Shown here in pieces: positions 27,147 through 39,570 of a DNA stretch of 64,000 nt. Positions within the stretch are counted from its first letter, which is position 1. Every line of letters starts with the position of its first letter. Where the stretch lies: NCBI GenBank assembly GCA_002104905.1, contig MCFE01000194.1:71951-135950 (forward strand). Direction: 5' to 3'. Below the pieces are notes generated by a model. It saw only the letters and a list, made by a program, of their open reading frames with translations, ran no database searches and was not told the DNA's origin. This stretch comes from Basidiobolus meristosporus CBS 931.73. Taxonomy: Eukaryota; Fungi; Basidiobolomycota. The position numbers were made by a program, and so were the translations under genes.

Positions 27147-28321
27147 TGTTGTAAGTGTCTTGTAGATATTGGAAGTGATTGGGAGAATAAGTAGATTATG
27201 TGGTTATCCCTTAATGATTTATTGAATGTAAAAGTAGTATTTGTACTTTTACCTGGTCTTGGTATAAAAAACACATAGAATAGGTTAAGAAAGGTCCCAA
27301 GAGCATGTGTGCAAAGTTTGGGGCTGTTTGGACAACTTTGAGAATTTTCATGTTCTGAGTACCTGGTATTTTGGTGAAAATATTCTAAGTAAATCCCAAC
27401 AAGGAACTTGGTCAATATTCTCTAGGATATGAAGGTATTGATCCAAGTGGCTAAGTTAGGTGAATATTTAGGTAGGCTATTCAGGATGGTAACTCTCACA
27501 TCCTCATCAGTAGTTGGTATGCTCATAGATTCCATTTAGTCCACCAGCAGGGTGTTTCTGTTAATTAGATTTTTCATTTCTTCTCCTGGTAGCATCTTTG
27601 TAGTAAAGAGTTTACGTCTTAGATACATTTTGTGGCAGCTAAACATGACTGATTGGAGTCTTCTAATGCCTTCCAGGCATCCTTTGCCATTTTTGCTCTT
27701 GAGCATTGAATTAGCAATTTGTCCTAAACATTGAGGCAAATGCAGTTGAAGGCACTTTGTTCTTACTTCTGGTACTTTAAAGCTTCCTCTCCCATGTTGT
27801 TAGGAGGGCATTCTTCTCCCATAACAATATCCCAAAGGCCTCTTTCTTGTAGCAGCATCTCATCTTCACCTTCCAAACTTGGTAGTTAAGTCCATCCCAC
27901 TTTTCAACAGAGGGAAAAATTCCAGTAATAGCAGTAGTAGATATTGCAGAGAGTGACAGCATGAGGCTCATAACTTGCAGTAAGAGTGTTGGAGATATTG
28001 GAAGTAATTGGGAGGACAAGTAGATTATGTGGTATTCACTTAAATATTGATTGAATGTAAATGTAGTATTTATAATTTATACATGTTCTAGGTACAATAA
28101 AACAAATAATAGATTAAGGAAGGTCCCAAGAGCATGTGTGCAAATTTTGGGGCTGTTTGGACAACTTTGAGAATTTTCTTGTTTGGTGTACCTGGTATTT
28201 TGGTGAAATTCCAAGTAAATGCCAACAAGAAATTTGGTCTGTATTCTCTAGGATTTGAAGGTAATGCTCTAAGTGACTAGGTTGGATGAATATTTTGGTG
28301 GAATTACAAATCTTTATAACA
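27147..28321 (-). mobile_element. Internally deleted Copia family B: LTR (27,976-28,321), PBS, ~490 bp gag, LTR (27,147-~27,474)
   Basis: Both LTRs match 33,427-33,773; PBS AGTTATGAGCCTC; gag matches 32,935-33,420; no PPT and no matching TSD. Confidence 0.78.
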
Positions 28322-28363
28322 ACTTATTCAGTGTGAGTTTGGGCATAATGATAGTGCTGGGTA

Positions 28364-31300
28364 TGTAGTAAGAGTCTTGGTAATATTAGAAGTGATTTGG
28401 AGGACAAGTAGATTTTGTGGTTTTTACTTAATGATTTATTGAATCTTATAGTAGTATTTATACTTCTACATGGTATTGTATTACAAACACGTAGAATAGA
28501 TTAAGGAAGGTTTCAAGAACATGTGTGTAAAGTGTGGGGCTGTTTGGAAAATGTTGAGAATTCTCATGTTCTTAGTACCTGGTATTTTGGTGAAAAATTT
28601 CAAAGTAAATCCCAATAAGGAGTTTGGTTGGTATTCTCTAGGATCTGAAGGTAATGATTGAAATGACTAAGCTAGGTCAATAATTAGGTGGAATTACAAA
28701 CTTCTACAACACTCCCACTAAGGTCAAAATTCGGACTAGTCAGTGTAAATATCTAGCTAAGATATTCAAATGTATATCTGGCTAATGGTTGGGTAAATAT
28801 GTCTGCAATCACTTCATCTGTAGGACAGTAAACTTAGCTTACTAAGTTATTCTTTATAGCTTCACGTATGAAATGATGTCTAGTATCTATGTGCTTGGTT
28901 ATAGCATGAAAAGTTTGATTTCTACCTAATTGTATACATCCTTGATTATCTTGAAATAAAGTGATAGGCATTTTTTGACATTAGCTTTAATTTGTAAAGA
29001 GCTATCTTAGCCACATTGCTTTTTTTGTAACTTCACACGCTGGCATATACTTTGCCTCTATGGTAGAAAGTGCTACAGTTGATTGCTCTCTTGAGTTCCA
29101 TGAAATTGCTCCTTCACAGTAAAGAAAGGTGTATCCCATGGTGGATCTTCTGTCTTCCAAATTTTGTCCCCAATCAGCATTGGAGTATCCCACAAGCTTC
29201 TGTTCCAAATCCTTATAAGTGTATCTTAAGCAGATATCAGCAGTTCCTTCTAGGTATCTAAAAATCCACTTAACTGCTGCAATAGACTTGTTCCGTTGGA
29301 TAGTGCCACATTGAGCCATGAGTGCCAAATAATGCCATAGTGTACCAGGGAGGCCAAATGAGCCTATACTTGGCCGCAGAGTGTGAAACAGAGCTCTGCA
29401 TCTTCATGCAAAGCAGCCCCTGGGTTTCACCCATGATGTATGAGAAAATCCATTTTTTGATGTTTTTTTGTGGATCAATGTTGTGCAGAATGTGTAAGAG
29501 CACAGAAGAACTGAAGACATGCATCAGGTACGCAATACCCATGGCACTCTGAATCTAGCTCCTGTGGCTTGTAGCATGTCACAAAAATGCATGGCACTAT
29601 CTTGGTCCACTGGTACCATCTGGCACTATAATTGCTTTGTATAGATCTTACTTTAGGGCTAATAATTAGATACAGTGCCAGATAGTACCAGTGGGCCAAG
29701 ATAGTGCCATGCATTTTTGTGACATGCTACAAGCCACAGGAGCTAGATGCAGAGTGCCATGGGTATTGCGTACCTGATGCATGTCTTCAATCCTTTTGTG
29801 CTCTTACTCATCCTGCACAACATTGACCTAAAAAAAAAGGTCAAAAAATGGATTTTCTCCAACACAATGAGTGAAACACAGGGGCAGCTTTGCATGAAGA
29901 TGCAGAGCTCTGTTTCACACTCTGTGGCCAAGTATAGGCTCATTTGGCCTCCCTGGCACACTATGGCATCATTTGGCACTCATGGCTCAATATGGCACTA
30001 TCCAACGGAACAAGTCTAATTTGATCAGATCCAAAGTTCTGATTATGCTGGCTGACAACTCCCACTGAATATGAGACATCTGGACATGTTCCAAGCATGA
30101 TATACTCAGACTGCCAACCATAAATTGATAAGGAAAGTAAGGGCTTTCAGATGGCATCAAGCTTTCTTGATTTGGTTCAGCTTTGACCAAGTTGAGGTTT
30201 GACTTCATTGGGGTAGCTCCTGGCTTACAGCCTTCCATTTGGTACTTCTTTAACATATCTCAAATATTCTTGGACTGGCTTAGGGTGAGAGACTGTGTAC
30301 TTCAGTCTATGGAGAACTTAATCCCTAGAAAGCAACTGAATTCTCCTAGATCAGATATCTTGAACTTGTTAGATAGGCTGGATTTGGTCTCTTCCAGTGT
30401 TTCTAGGTTATTGATGGCTATAATAGGATTATCCACATTTAGAGCTAGTAAAACTGGATTTGCTCTTGTTGGCTTATAGAATATACTCTAGTCAGCATTA
30501 CTCCAGTTGAAACTCAAGAATTCCAAATCAGAATTTATCTTGCAATTCCAAGCACTTTATGATTGTTTAAGACCATATTGACACTTTTTAAGCTTGCAGA
30601 CCAAATGAGGGTTGTCTTAGTCAGCAAACTCATCAGGTGGTCTATATACACATCCTCATCAAGTTCTCCATTCAAAAATGCAGTTTTCACATCCATTTGA
30701 TGTATAAAAGTCTTGTATTTGGCTGCAATAGCCAATATTAATGTGATGGAATTAAACTTGCCTACCGGTGCAAAGGTCTCAGTATAATCAAATCCTTTTG
30801 TTTGAGAGTATCCTTTGGCCACAGCTCTTGCTTTGTTTCTTTCAACTGTACCATCAGCCTTGTATCTTGTCTTAAGACCAATCTGCATCCAATTGATTTT
30901 TGGTTGATTGGTAATTTGACCAAGTCTCAAGTTTGGTTTGCCATTAGGGCCTGATATTCCCCAGTCATTATGGATCTCCAAAACATTGTTGGAGGGCTAT
31001 TTAGGGCCTCTTTTGCAGTCTGGGGCTCATCAATATAGACTGAATTGGCATGGGCCAAGCTTTTACCCTAATTGATATGGTAATTTGAGCTGTTTCTTGT
31101 CCAATTGGATCTCCAGGCATTTGATACTGAAAGGATAACATCTGGGATACTCCTTGGTACTGCTTCAGGCTGAATCACTGTTTTAGAGTCCTCTAGAGTG
31201 AAAAAACTCTCATTGTTTTGCTCTGATTCAATCCTGATAAGTGGTGGACTTGAGATCAGATTTTTGTCACCATCTGATGTCATTTTTTGTGAAAATCCTG

Positions 31301-33773
31301 AAGTTTCATCAAAAAACACATCCTTGGACTTGATTAGCTTCTTTGCCTTGGTATTGAAGAGTTGGTATGCTTTACTCTCATTGTAGTAACCCAAAAATAT
31401 GCATTTTACATTTTTTGACTCAAGTTTTGACTGATTTCTGGGCAGTTTCTTGGCATATGTCATACACCAAAATATTCTTAGATGTTCTGCACTTGGTTTG
31501 TACCCATACCATGCTTCAAATGGAGAATAATCTCAAAATATTCTGCTTTAACTCATACTTTTGAGGTATGCAGCAGTGGCAACTGATTCTGCCCAAAAAT
31601 CACAGGATAATTTTTAATCATGGATCTTAGATCTTGCCATATCAATTATTGATTTGTTAGCACATTCTGCTACACCATCTTGCTATGGGGAGTATAGTAC
31701 CGCAGTGTCCTGCTTTATCCCATGAATTTTGCAGAAGTGGATGAAAAGTTTTGAGGTAATTTCTCCATCATTGTCAGAGCTCATTTTCTTGATTTTTCCA
31801 CCAGTTTCTCTCTCCACCATGGCTTTGAACTTCATGAGCTTAGACAGAGCTTTTTTCTTTCTCTCCATGAAGTAAGCCCATGTGTATCTTGTATAATCCT
31901 CAATAAAAGTGATTGAATACTTCATCCCCATCAGGATAAATTTTGCATAGGTCCACACAGATCTGAGTGAATTACATCTAATTTTTCTTAGTTTGATTAA
32001 CCCAGAGCTCTTGAACAGGTGTTTGGCTTGTTTCCCATATATGCAGGCTTCCCAGTGCTCCAAATTAGCTGGGGGATCAATTTCTACTCTGGAAATAAGC
32101 TGACCTTTGATCATTTTGTGCAAATAATCAAAATTGTTGTGTCCAAATCTCCTGTTCCAGGGCAATGGTATTTCTTCATTAAAGTTACTTATATTGGCTT
32201 CCGGATATGAAGGAATATAAGTCAACTTAAACTGATTTTGATCTCTGATACCCAAAGCAATATGGGCACCATTTTGATCAGTGATCTTGCATCCAGAGTT
32301 GTCAAAGCAGAAACTGAGTCCTTCTGCAGTGGCCTTGCTTACAGATAGTAGGTTCTTGGCTATTTCTGGTACATAGAGTACTTCTTTGAAAGTCAGTGTA
32401 TGGCTTCCTTCATGGTTCCTAAGGTTTACTTGGATAGTTCCTTCTCGCACTGCATCAAGTGTACTATTGTCACCCATGAAAACCTTCTTAACTGGAATAT
32501 CTTGATATTGGGTAAAAAGTTCTTTTTGGTATGTAAAGTGTTGAGATGCTCCAGAGTCAATATACCATGTCTGAGAATCCTTGTTTGTGATCATATTTAG
32601 TGCTAATATGAAAATTCTGTCTTCAGTTGTTGCAGCATTTCCATTTTCAGGCTTCTTTTGCTGATTATCTTTCTTTTTAAGAAACCAGTCTGATGTGTGT
32701 CCTTTGCTTTTGCAGTAGTTGCTAAACAGGTTGCTGTTGCCTTTGTAGGGTCTTGGTTACCTCCTTTGTTGATTAACATTGATTATTAGAACATGTTCTT
32801 CTTGCTTCTTATTGGCTCTTGATTTACTGAATTCTTCATCCAGGAGCCTTCCATATACAAAATTTAAGATCAAATCTTCAGTTCTGGATTCTAGGGCTAA
32901 TACAAAGTCCTAAGACCTGTCTGTCAGGCTATACAGGATGGTAACTATCACATCCCATCAGCAGTTGGTACACCCACAGATTCCATTTCATCCACCAGAA
33001 GGGTAATTCTATTGATTAAATTTTTCATTTCTTCTCCTGGCAACATCTTTGTAGTAAAGAATTTGTGTCTTAGATATATTTTCTTGGCAGCTGAACATGA
33101 CTGGTAAGTGTCTTCTAATGCCTTCCAGCCATTCCTTGCCATATTTACTCTTGAGCATTGAATTAGCAACTTTTCTTTAACATTAAGGAAAATGCAGTTA
33201 AAGGCACTTTGTTCTTTCTTCTGGTACCTAAAGGCTTCCTCGCCCATGCTTTTAGGAGGGCATTCTTCTCCCATGATAATTTCCTAAAGGCCTCTCTTGT
33301 AACAGCATCTTCATCTTCACCTTCCACACATGATAGTAAGATCTATCCAACTTTTCAGTAGAGGGAATAATTCCAGTAATAGCAGTAGTAGACATTGCAG
33401 AGAGTGACAGCTTGGGTCTCATAACCTGTTGTAAGAGTCTTGGAGACATTGGAAGTAATTGGGAGGACAAGTAGATTATGTGGTTTTCATTTAATGATTT
33501 ATTGAATGTAAAAGTAGTATTTATACTTTTACATGGTCTTGGCATCACAAACGCATAATATAGATTAAGGAAGGTTCCAAGAACATGTGTGCAAAGTTTG
33601 GGCTGTTTGCATAACTTTGAGAATTTTCATGTTCTGGGTACCTGGTATTTTGGTGAAAAATTCCAAGTAAATCCCAACAAGAGATTTGGTCAGTATTTGC
33701 AAGAAATTGAAGGTAATGATCTAAGTGACTAAGTTAGGTGAATATTTAGGTGGAATTACAAATTTTTACAACA
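28364..33773 (-). mobile_element. Full-length Copia family B retrotransposon with TSD GGGTA (inactivated; carries a foldback insertion)
   Basis: LTRs 33,427-33,773 (TGTTGTAA...TTACAACA) and 28,364-28,711; GGGTA at 28,359-28,363 and 33,774-33,778; PBS GGTTATGAGACCC; PPT CCTTAGTGGGAG; gag, protease (WYIDSGAS), integrase, RT (HQMDVKTAFLNG) and RNase H (NADW...STMGY) pieces in Copia order. Confidence 0.96.
29284..30017. mobile_element. Non-autonomous foldback/MITE-like element, 734 bp, 344-bp inverted arms, 46-bp spacer, TSD AAT
   Basis: 29,284-29,627 is the near-perfect inverted repeat of 29,674-30,017 (AGACTTGTTCC...GGAACAAGTCT); AAT on both sides; removing it plus one AAT restores the Copia sequence seen uninterrupted at 27,061-27,110. 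Confidence 0.93.
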
Positions 33774-34399
33774 GGGTATAGGGACTTCTATAGGTCAGTG
33801 AAATTGGCAATTGCATTACTACCAAAGATTAGACAGAAATAAGTCAATTTTATGCATGAAGTGTAAGGACATTGTTTGAGTCAGGAAGTACAAAGTGGGA
33901 AAAAGAGGTAATAGCCAATCAATGTACAGAATAATAGGAGGTGATGGAGTGTCTGGGATCAGAAAGTGAGAGAACTGGCAGAGAACCAATTATAAGCCAC
34001 TTATGTATTGTTGTGATAAGATATTTTGACTAAGCTTTTTGTGAAATATGAGGGCAACTTTTCTAACAGTCTTTGCACAATATCCTCAGAGCATCTTCAC
34101 CTCCAAGTCATGGGACTAAAATTTTGTGACAACCTTTTAACAGTATCATCACTATTACGTTTCACAGGGCTATAGTATCAGGCAGCAGCCTACAGCTAGT
34201 CCTGTATAATGTTTGCATGCTTGTTTACTAAATGATGCTTATTTTTCTACCCCCTTTGTGCCATTCATAAACTCTACTATTGAATCATGACTCTGTATTT
34301 GCCATGCACTACTACCATAGGTATTCCACTTATTGCTGAAATCTAGGGAATCTATGGCAACCTGCACACTAATATTTACACTCATGCACACCTGCTGTA

Positions 34400-37300
34400 A
34401 TCCTACTCCTATTGCCCCAACTTTATGGCTTCAATGTGTGATACTGGTAAAGCTGAAATATACCTTGTATTGCTGGTAGGAGATACATCTTGAAAGCATA
34501 TGCTTAGTTGCAACCACTTTTTCTGTACATACCACTTGACTATCTGCAAAATACCTTTTGGTAACTTACCAAGGAGTTCCTTGCCCTGCTGGATACTAGT
34601 CCCCCTTATTGGTGAACTCTGATCCTGGTTTGAGAGAGTTTGAATATGAGAGGTGTAGAGATTGGCTTGTACCAAGGAGAAATCTGGCTTACTTTGGTAC
34701 AGCTGTCCACATAGAAGTTAGTTGCTTCATGTGTCAAACTTAACCTTGCCTTACTCAACTGATTATCTACACTTTGGGGCTGGTGCACTTCTCAATGCCA
34801 AATGCATAGGTGTCTCCACATGCAAGCCTGTGCTCAGTATTTTCCAACTCTTCCTGGCTGTCCTCCATACGGCAACTCATCACATCCATAACAGACTTGA
34901 GAGTAATATTCTTGATGAGATTGTGATATGGCAGCTTTCTTGGGATAATCTATCTCCCTATCCCCTTACACATCAGCTCCATAGGAAGCTCCAAAAAGGA
35001 GAAGCAAGGGCCTGTATTCTCCACACACCAAGCAAGATGAAGTATAGTATGGATTCAGTTACCACAGATACCTGTGCATTCAGCTTTGTGTCAATAATAG
35101 AGCGGCTAAGATCCTGTCACAAACTCCTCACCATAGGAAAAAGAATTAAATACAGGCCAACAGAATTCTAGTATGATATTAGCTGAAATCCAACTTTCTT
35201 AAAAGTGACACCTCTCAATGTGTAAGGTTCTAGCTTCACAGTACACATGGAGACATCCCTTCCAGGGGGATACTTGGCCAACCAGTATGCCTACCAAAGT
35301 TGGTAATTAGATGCCCATTACTTCCACCAGATATGTCAACCACAAAGCTGAGGCAGAAACACTAGTGCAATGCAAGCTAAAAATGTAATAAATTCCAATT
35401 TTGAGACTTTTTGTATTGTACATAAAGACTGTAGATGCATCAAGTTGGCATTGGTGATCTGCTTCTGGACAAATATTCATGCAATGTCAACAAATGACTC
35501 CCAATGCTTCCAATGCACCATGGGTAAAAATTGCTTCAGAAAGCCACTTGAATAAACTTAGTTCTTACAGTCCTTGCATTTGTATTGTTGCAAATCTATA
35601 GAAGCACTGATTGGACCTTGTAGGAAGTGCTTTGGGTAGTTGATACTTTGTAATATCTTGCTAATTCTTTCAAATTTTTGGTATCTCAAAGGGCACATAT
35701 AGCTTGAAATGCCCACATACAATTGGTTATTGTGATTGTGATATTGTTGAAAACCAATTGCATAGCTTCCAGTCAAAAGTCTTTGCTCTAGCACAATCCA
35801 CCAATCTTCAGTATCTCTGATATTTAATTAACTCCACACTATGGCTAATGGCTTACAGCTACCAGCTTTGCTTCAAATGCATGTTGGCCTCTGAGCTTTC
35901 TTGCTATGGAAGGTGCTTTACTCAGCATTGGTGTTTGGATAATAATAATGTGTGTGAGGTATAGCGCAAATCTCCTAGATCTCACACATTTGGCAGCAAT
36001 ACCATCCAGTGTGCCCCAAAAAGCCAGCTTTCTTGCTGATGGCTAGGGTATCCCTATTGTAGACAATGAAATGTGATTTGACATGACAGCCATATAATAG
36101 TATCCCACTGGATGGCATACAAAATGTATCCAGCAATGAATACAGGTAGTTTTCAAGCTTGGATAACACCTTAGGCCCAAATAACAGTGCAATTCTCATC
36201 TGACTCATGCACTGATACTATATTAATATTAGCAGAACCATGTTGATTGGAATCCATGGCCAGCATTATTTGCTGGTAAAGTACTTGTTTATTGAAAATC
36301 CTCCAAGTGCCAAGTCAAAAGGCATGTTTTCCTCCAATGGTGATGGATCTGTGGCATGTTGATCACCTTGCAATACTGGCATTTTCTGATGTGAATGCTG
36401 TGCTACTATTAGCATGCACTGGTATATGGATGGTCTCTGGATCACCTGTAACTGACTACATGGTAGTTGTGCATTTATACCATGAACATTGTAAGTTACA
36501 TCCTCAAATAACTTTGCCAAGAAGTAGCAGTAAATTTTCAGAGCTTGCATTATTGACATTGGTGGAAACACACTATTGGTGAGTCAGAAAGTGTAACTAA
36601 CCTGTCTGACCCGGTTTGTATTGGGTGGCATGTGTAACTAGAAGCCACTATTGAAGTATCAATTGACTGATTATATATTGTAGCTACTGCCAGGACCAAT
36701 GGTTGCTTGAGTACAACTTGTGTAGCCAAACACTGGCCTTATTTTTGTAATGCATCCTATGTTTTCTGTGTGCTTCATGGCTGAGATGCTTGTTTTAATT
36801 GCCGCATGGTCTTTCTTCTCTTCTTTTGTGGTGTTGACTCAAAGTAGTCTAATCTATGGGACTAACAGCTTGAGCTTCATATTCATCAATGCAATATTTA
36901 TACATCACTTTCTTGTAGGTATTAATGCTGACTAGGGACAGTCCTGTATGTAAATTACTGTATCAGCATCAATGTAAGATTCATGGATGACCCACTATAG
37001 TGAGCATTGGAAATATATTTGTGGCACTACATACACACATATTTGTAAAACTATTTCCCCTTTTGTTAGACTTACTTTGATATGTATGCCATCAAAAATA
37101 AAGCAAAGCTGTCTGGCTCCCAATCAAACCCACTGCAATAACAGCCAAAGCATGGTTGGACAACAGCCTGCTGTGACACTCAGTAAAACCAGCAGGGTTG
37201 CATCTAAAAAGGCCATGTGGATGGTGTGCCCACTGGAGGTAATAATATGGACTCCTCAGGCTTTCAGTCAAGTAAACAATTGAGAATATCTTTAGAGTTG

Positions 37301-39000
37301 CAAGCTGACCATAATCATCAGATAGATGGGAATGCAGCAAATGCAGTACCACCAGCAGAGGACCAGCCAATGGCTGTCATAACATCACCACCACCAGCAT
37401 TAACAAGCATGTTGTCAGCTCATACCAAAACATTGATGAAGCAATTAGATGCAGTGGCTAATAGGATAGATGCAATGGCCCTGAGAAATCAGGAAGCTGT
37501 CCTGACTCAGAATGAGAAGATAATAGACTTGTTCCATTGGATAGTGCCACATTGAGCCATGAATGCCAAATGATGCTATATTGTGCTAGGGAGGCCATGT
37601 GAACCTATACCTGGCCACAGAGTGTCAAACATAGCTCTGCATCTTCAGGCAAAGCTGCCTCTGTGTTTCACCCATTGTGTTGGAGAAAATCCATTTTTTG
37701 ACCTTTTTTTTAAGTCAATGTTGTACAGAATGTGTAAGAGTACAATAGAATCGAAGATATGCATTTGGTACTCAATACCCATATGCACTCTGAATCTAGC
37801 TCCTGTGGCTTGTAACATGTGACAAAAATGCATGGCACTATCTTGGTCCACTGGTACTATCTGGCACTATATTTAATTATTAGCCCTAAAGTAAGATCTA
37901 TACAAAGCACTTATAGTGTTGTACTCTTGACACATCCTGCACAACATTGACCAAAAAAAACGTCAAAAAATGGATTTTCTACCAGCATCATAGGTGAAAC
38001 ACAGGGGCTGATTTGCATGAAGATGCAGAGCTATGTTTCACACTCTATGGCCAATTATAGGTTCACTTGGTTGCTCTGGCACACTGTGGTATTGTTTGAC
38101 ACTAATTGCTTAATGTGGCACTATCCAACAGAACAAGTCTAATATGTGAAGAGCAATCAATATCTCAGGTATAGGATACAATATCTTTGCCGCAAAGAAG
38201 GAGCAAAAGTAGCACAACGTCACTGCCAAGAACTCAGCTATTTCCCAATGAAACAGCAGAGGAACAACATAAAGTCTTTGTACCACAACAACAGTGCCAA
38301 AAGATAAAGCCTACAGAAAAACCCATTACAGCATGGTAGGGAAGGACTGTGGTATTTGTATTAGTGCCTAAGAGTTAACAGACATTGAAGATTTGTGTAG
38401 TTGCTGAGTGCAATGATGATAAGTGGGCTGATACTCAAGAGACTCTATGAAGTCTAGCACACCATCACCTTGAAGCTGGCATAACATGTAACCATCAGGA
38501 ACTCAAGGCCAAGCACAATGCACTTGACTTGCTCCATCAGCATTATCCTGGATTCAAATAAGCAGACAGATTTTGGGCCATCATTGGTATGCTGACAAAG
38601 TATCTCTAGAATAGTAGAAACTATCAAAGGCAGATAAATAGGGGTGCCATGGCTAAAAACCAGCAGCTTACTCAACAGCCCATTCCAAGCACGGCCAAAA
38701 GCTCCAAACAAGTGTCAAAAAAATGTCAGGAAGCTAGAAAAGTGCTGGTGAGGGACAAGTAGGCAGAAACAGATGAACCAGTGCTACATTTATCAAGAAA
38801 AAAGTGTAGTTCCACTCAAGAAGCACCAAGTGAAAGTAGCAGTGAACAATCTGGCAGTGTTAAGGTAATGGGAGAGGGAAAAGTCTATTCAAGCCCAAGA
38901 CTAATAGGCATGGGGAAAAGCTGCAGCTATTACCAATTGATTCCACCAATATAGAACAAACTGATCTCCATAACAGACAAAAACAAATAACCAGTACAAC
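34400..39000. mobile_element. Decayed CACTA/tnp2-type transposon, second copy: transposase on - (~34.4-36.6 kb), second ORF on + (~37.2-39.0 kb)
   Basis: FGPKVLSKLENYLYSLLD...RDTLAISKKAGFLGHTGWYCCQMCEI (Transposase_21/tnp2-like) and HTILHLAWCVENTGPCFSFLELPMELMCKG...KLPYHNL. Boundaries approximate. Confidence 0.72.
37525..38140. mobile_element. Second copy of the foldback element (616 bp, one arm internally deleted), TSD AAT
   Basis: Same AGACTTGTTCC...GAACAAGTCT termini; AAT at 37,522-37,524 and 38,141-38,143; spacer inverted relative to the 29.3-kb copy. Confidence 0.9.
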
Positions 39001-39299
39001 AACACTGGTACTTATCAGAGTTGGAAGCTCAGCTAGTTAAACAATACTCCAGGGAGGTAGATGAGTTTACACAGAAAGGCAACTTGTCTACCATAGCCTT
39101 CATGTCCACCATTATTAATTGAGTAGAGATTCCACATATAGGTAACACAACAACATCTAGATATCAGAGGACTATTGAAATGCCAACAGTGGAATTTTGG
39201 AACAGACACAGGTACACTAAGTGGTTGCAGCACCTTTTCAATAGCAGTGTTTAAGAAAACACACTTGAGTGTTGCCAGAGTTTATTGCAAAGACTGACA

Positions 39300-39570
39300 A
39301 GTGAGGTGCCATTAAACCTTCCCTTACATATGGGAGCTTTCTATATAGTGGATATGTAGGGAAATAGGATGACAAGTCAGATCTTAAGTAGTACCATATC
39401 CTATGCACATCAAGGCTATTACTTTCCAGTCCATCACAGGTGTGATAAGTTGCCATACACAGGACAGCCAGGAAGTGCTGGAGAATACTGGGCACAGATA
39501 TGCTGTTGTATTTAAGAAGTTAAGCAGCCCAAATGTGTGGTTAACAAGTTAAGTAAGGCCAGGTTGGGCT
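39300..39570 (+). mobile_element. CACTA-type transposase C-terminal fragment
   Basis: Inverted homolog of 34,730-35,000 (GGACAGCCAGGAAG...AATACTG.GCACAG). Confidence 0.55.

Noticed and set aside
27147-28711. Regularly spaced ~350-bp repeats as a CRISPR-like or satellite array
   Set aside because: They are Copia LTRs with TG...CA ends, PBS and PPT.
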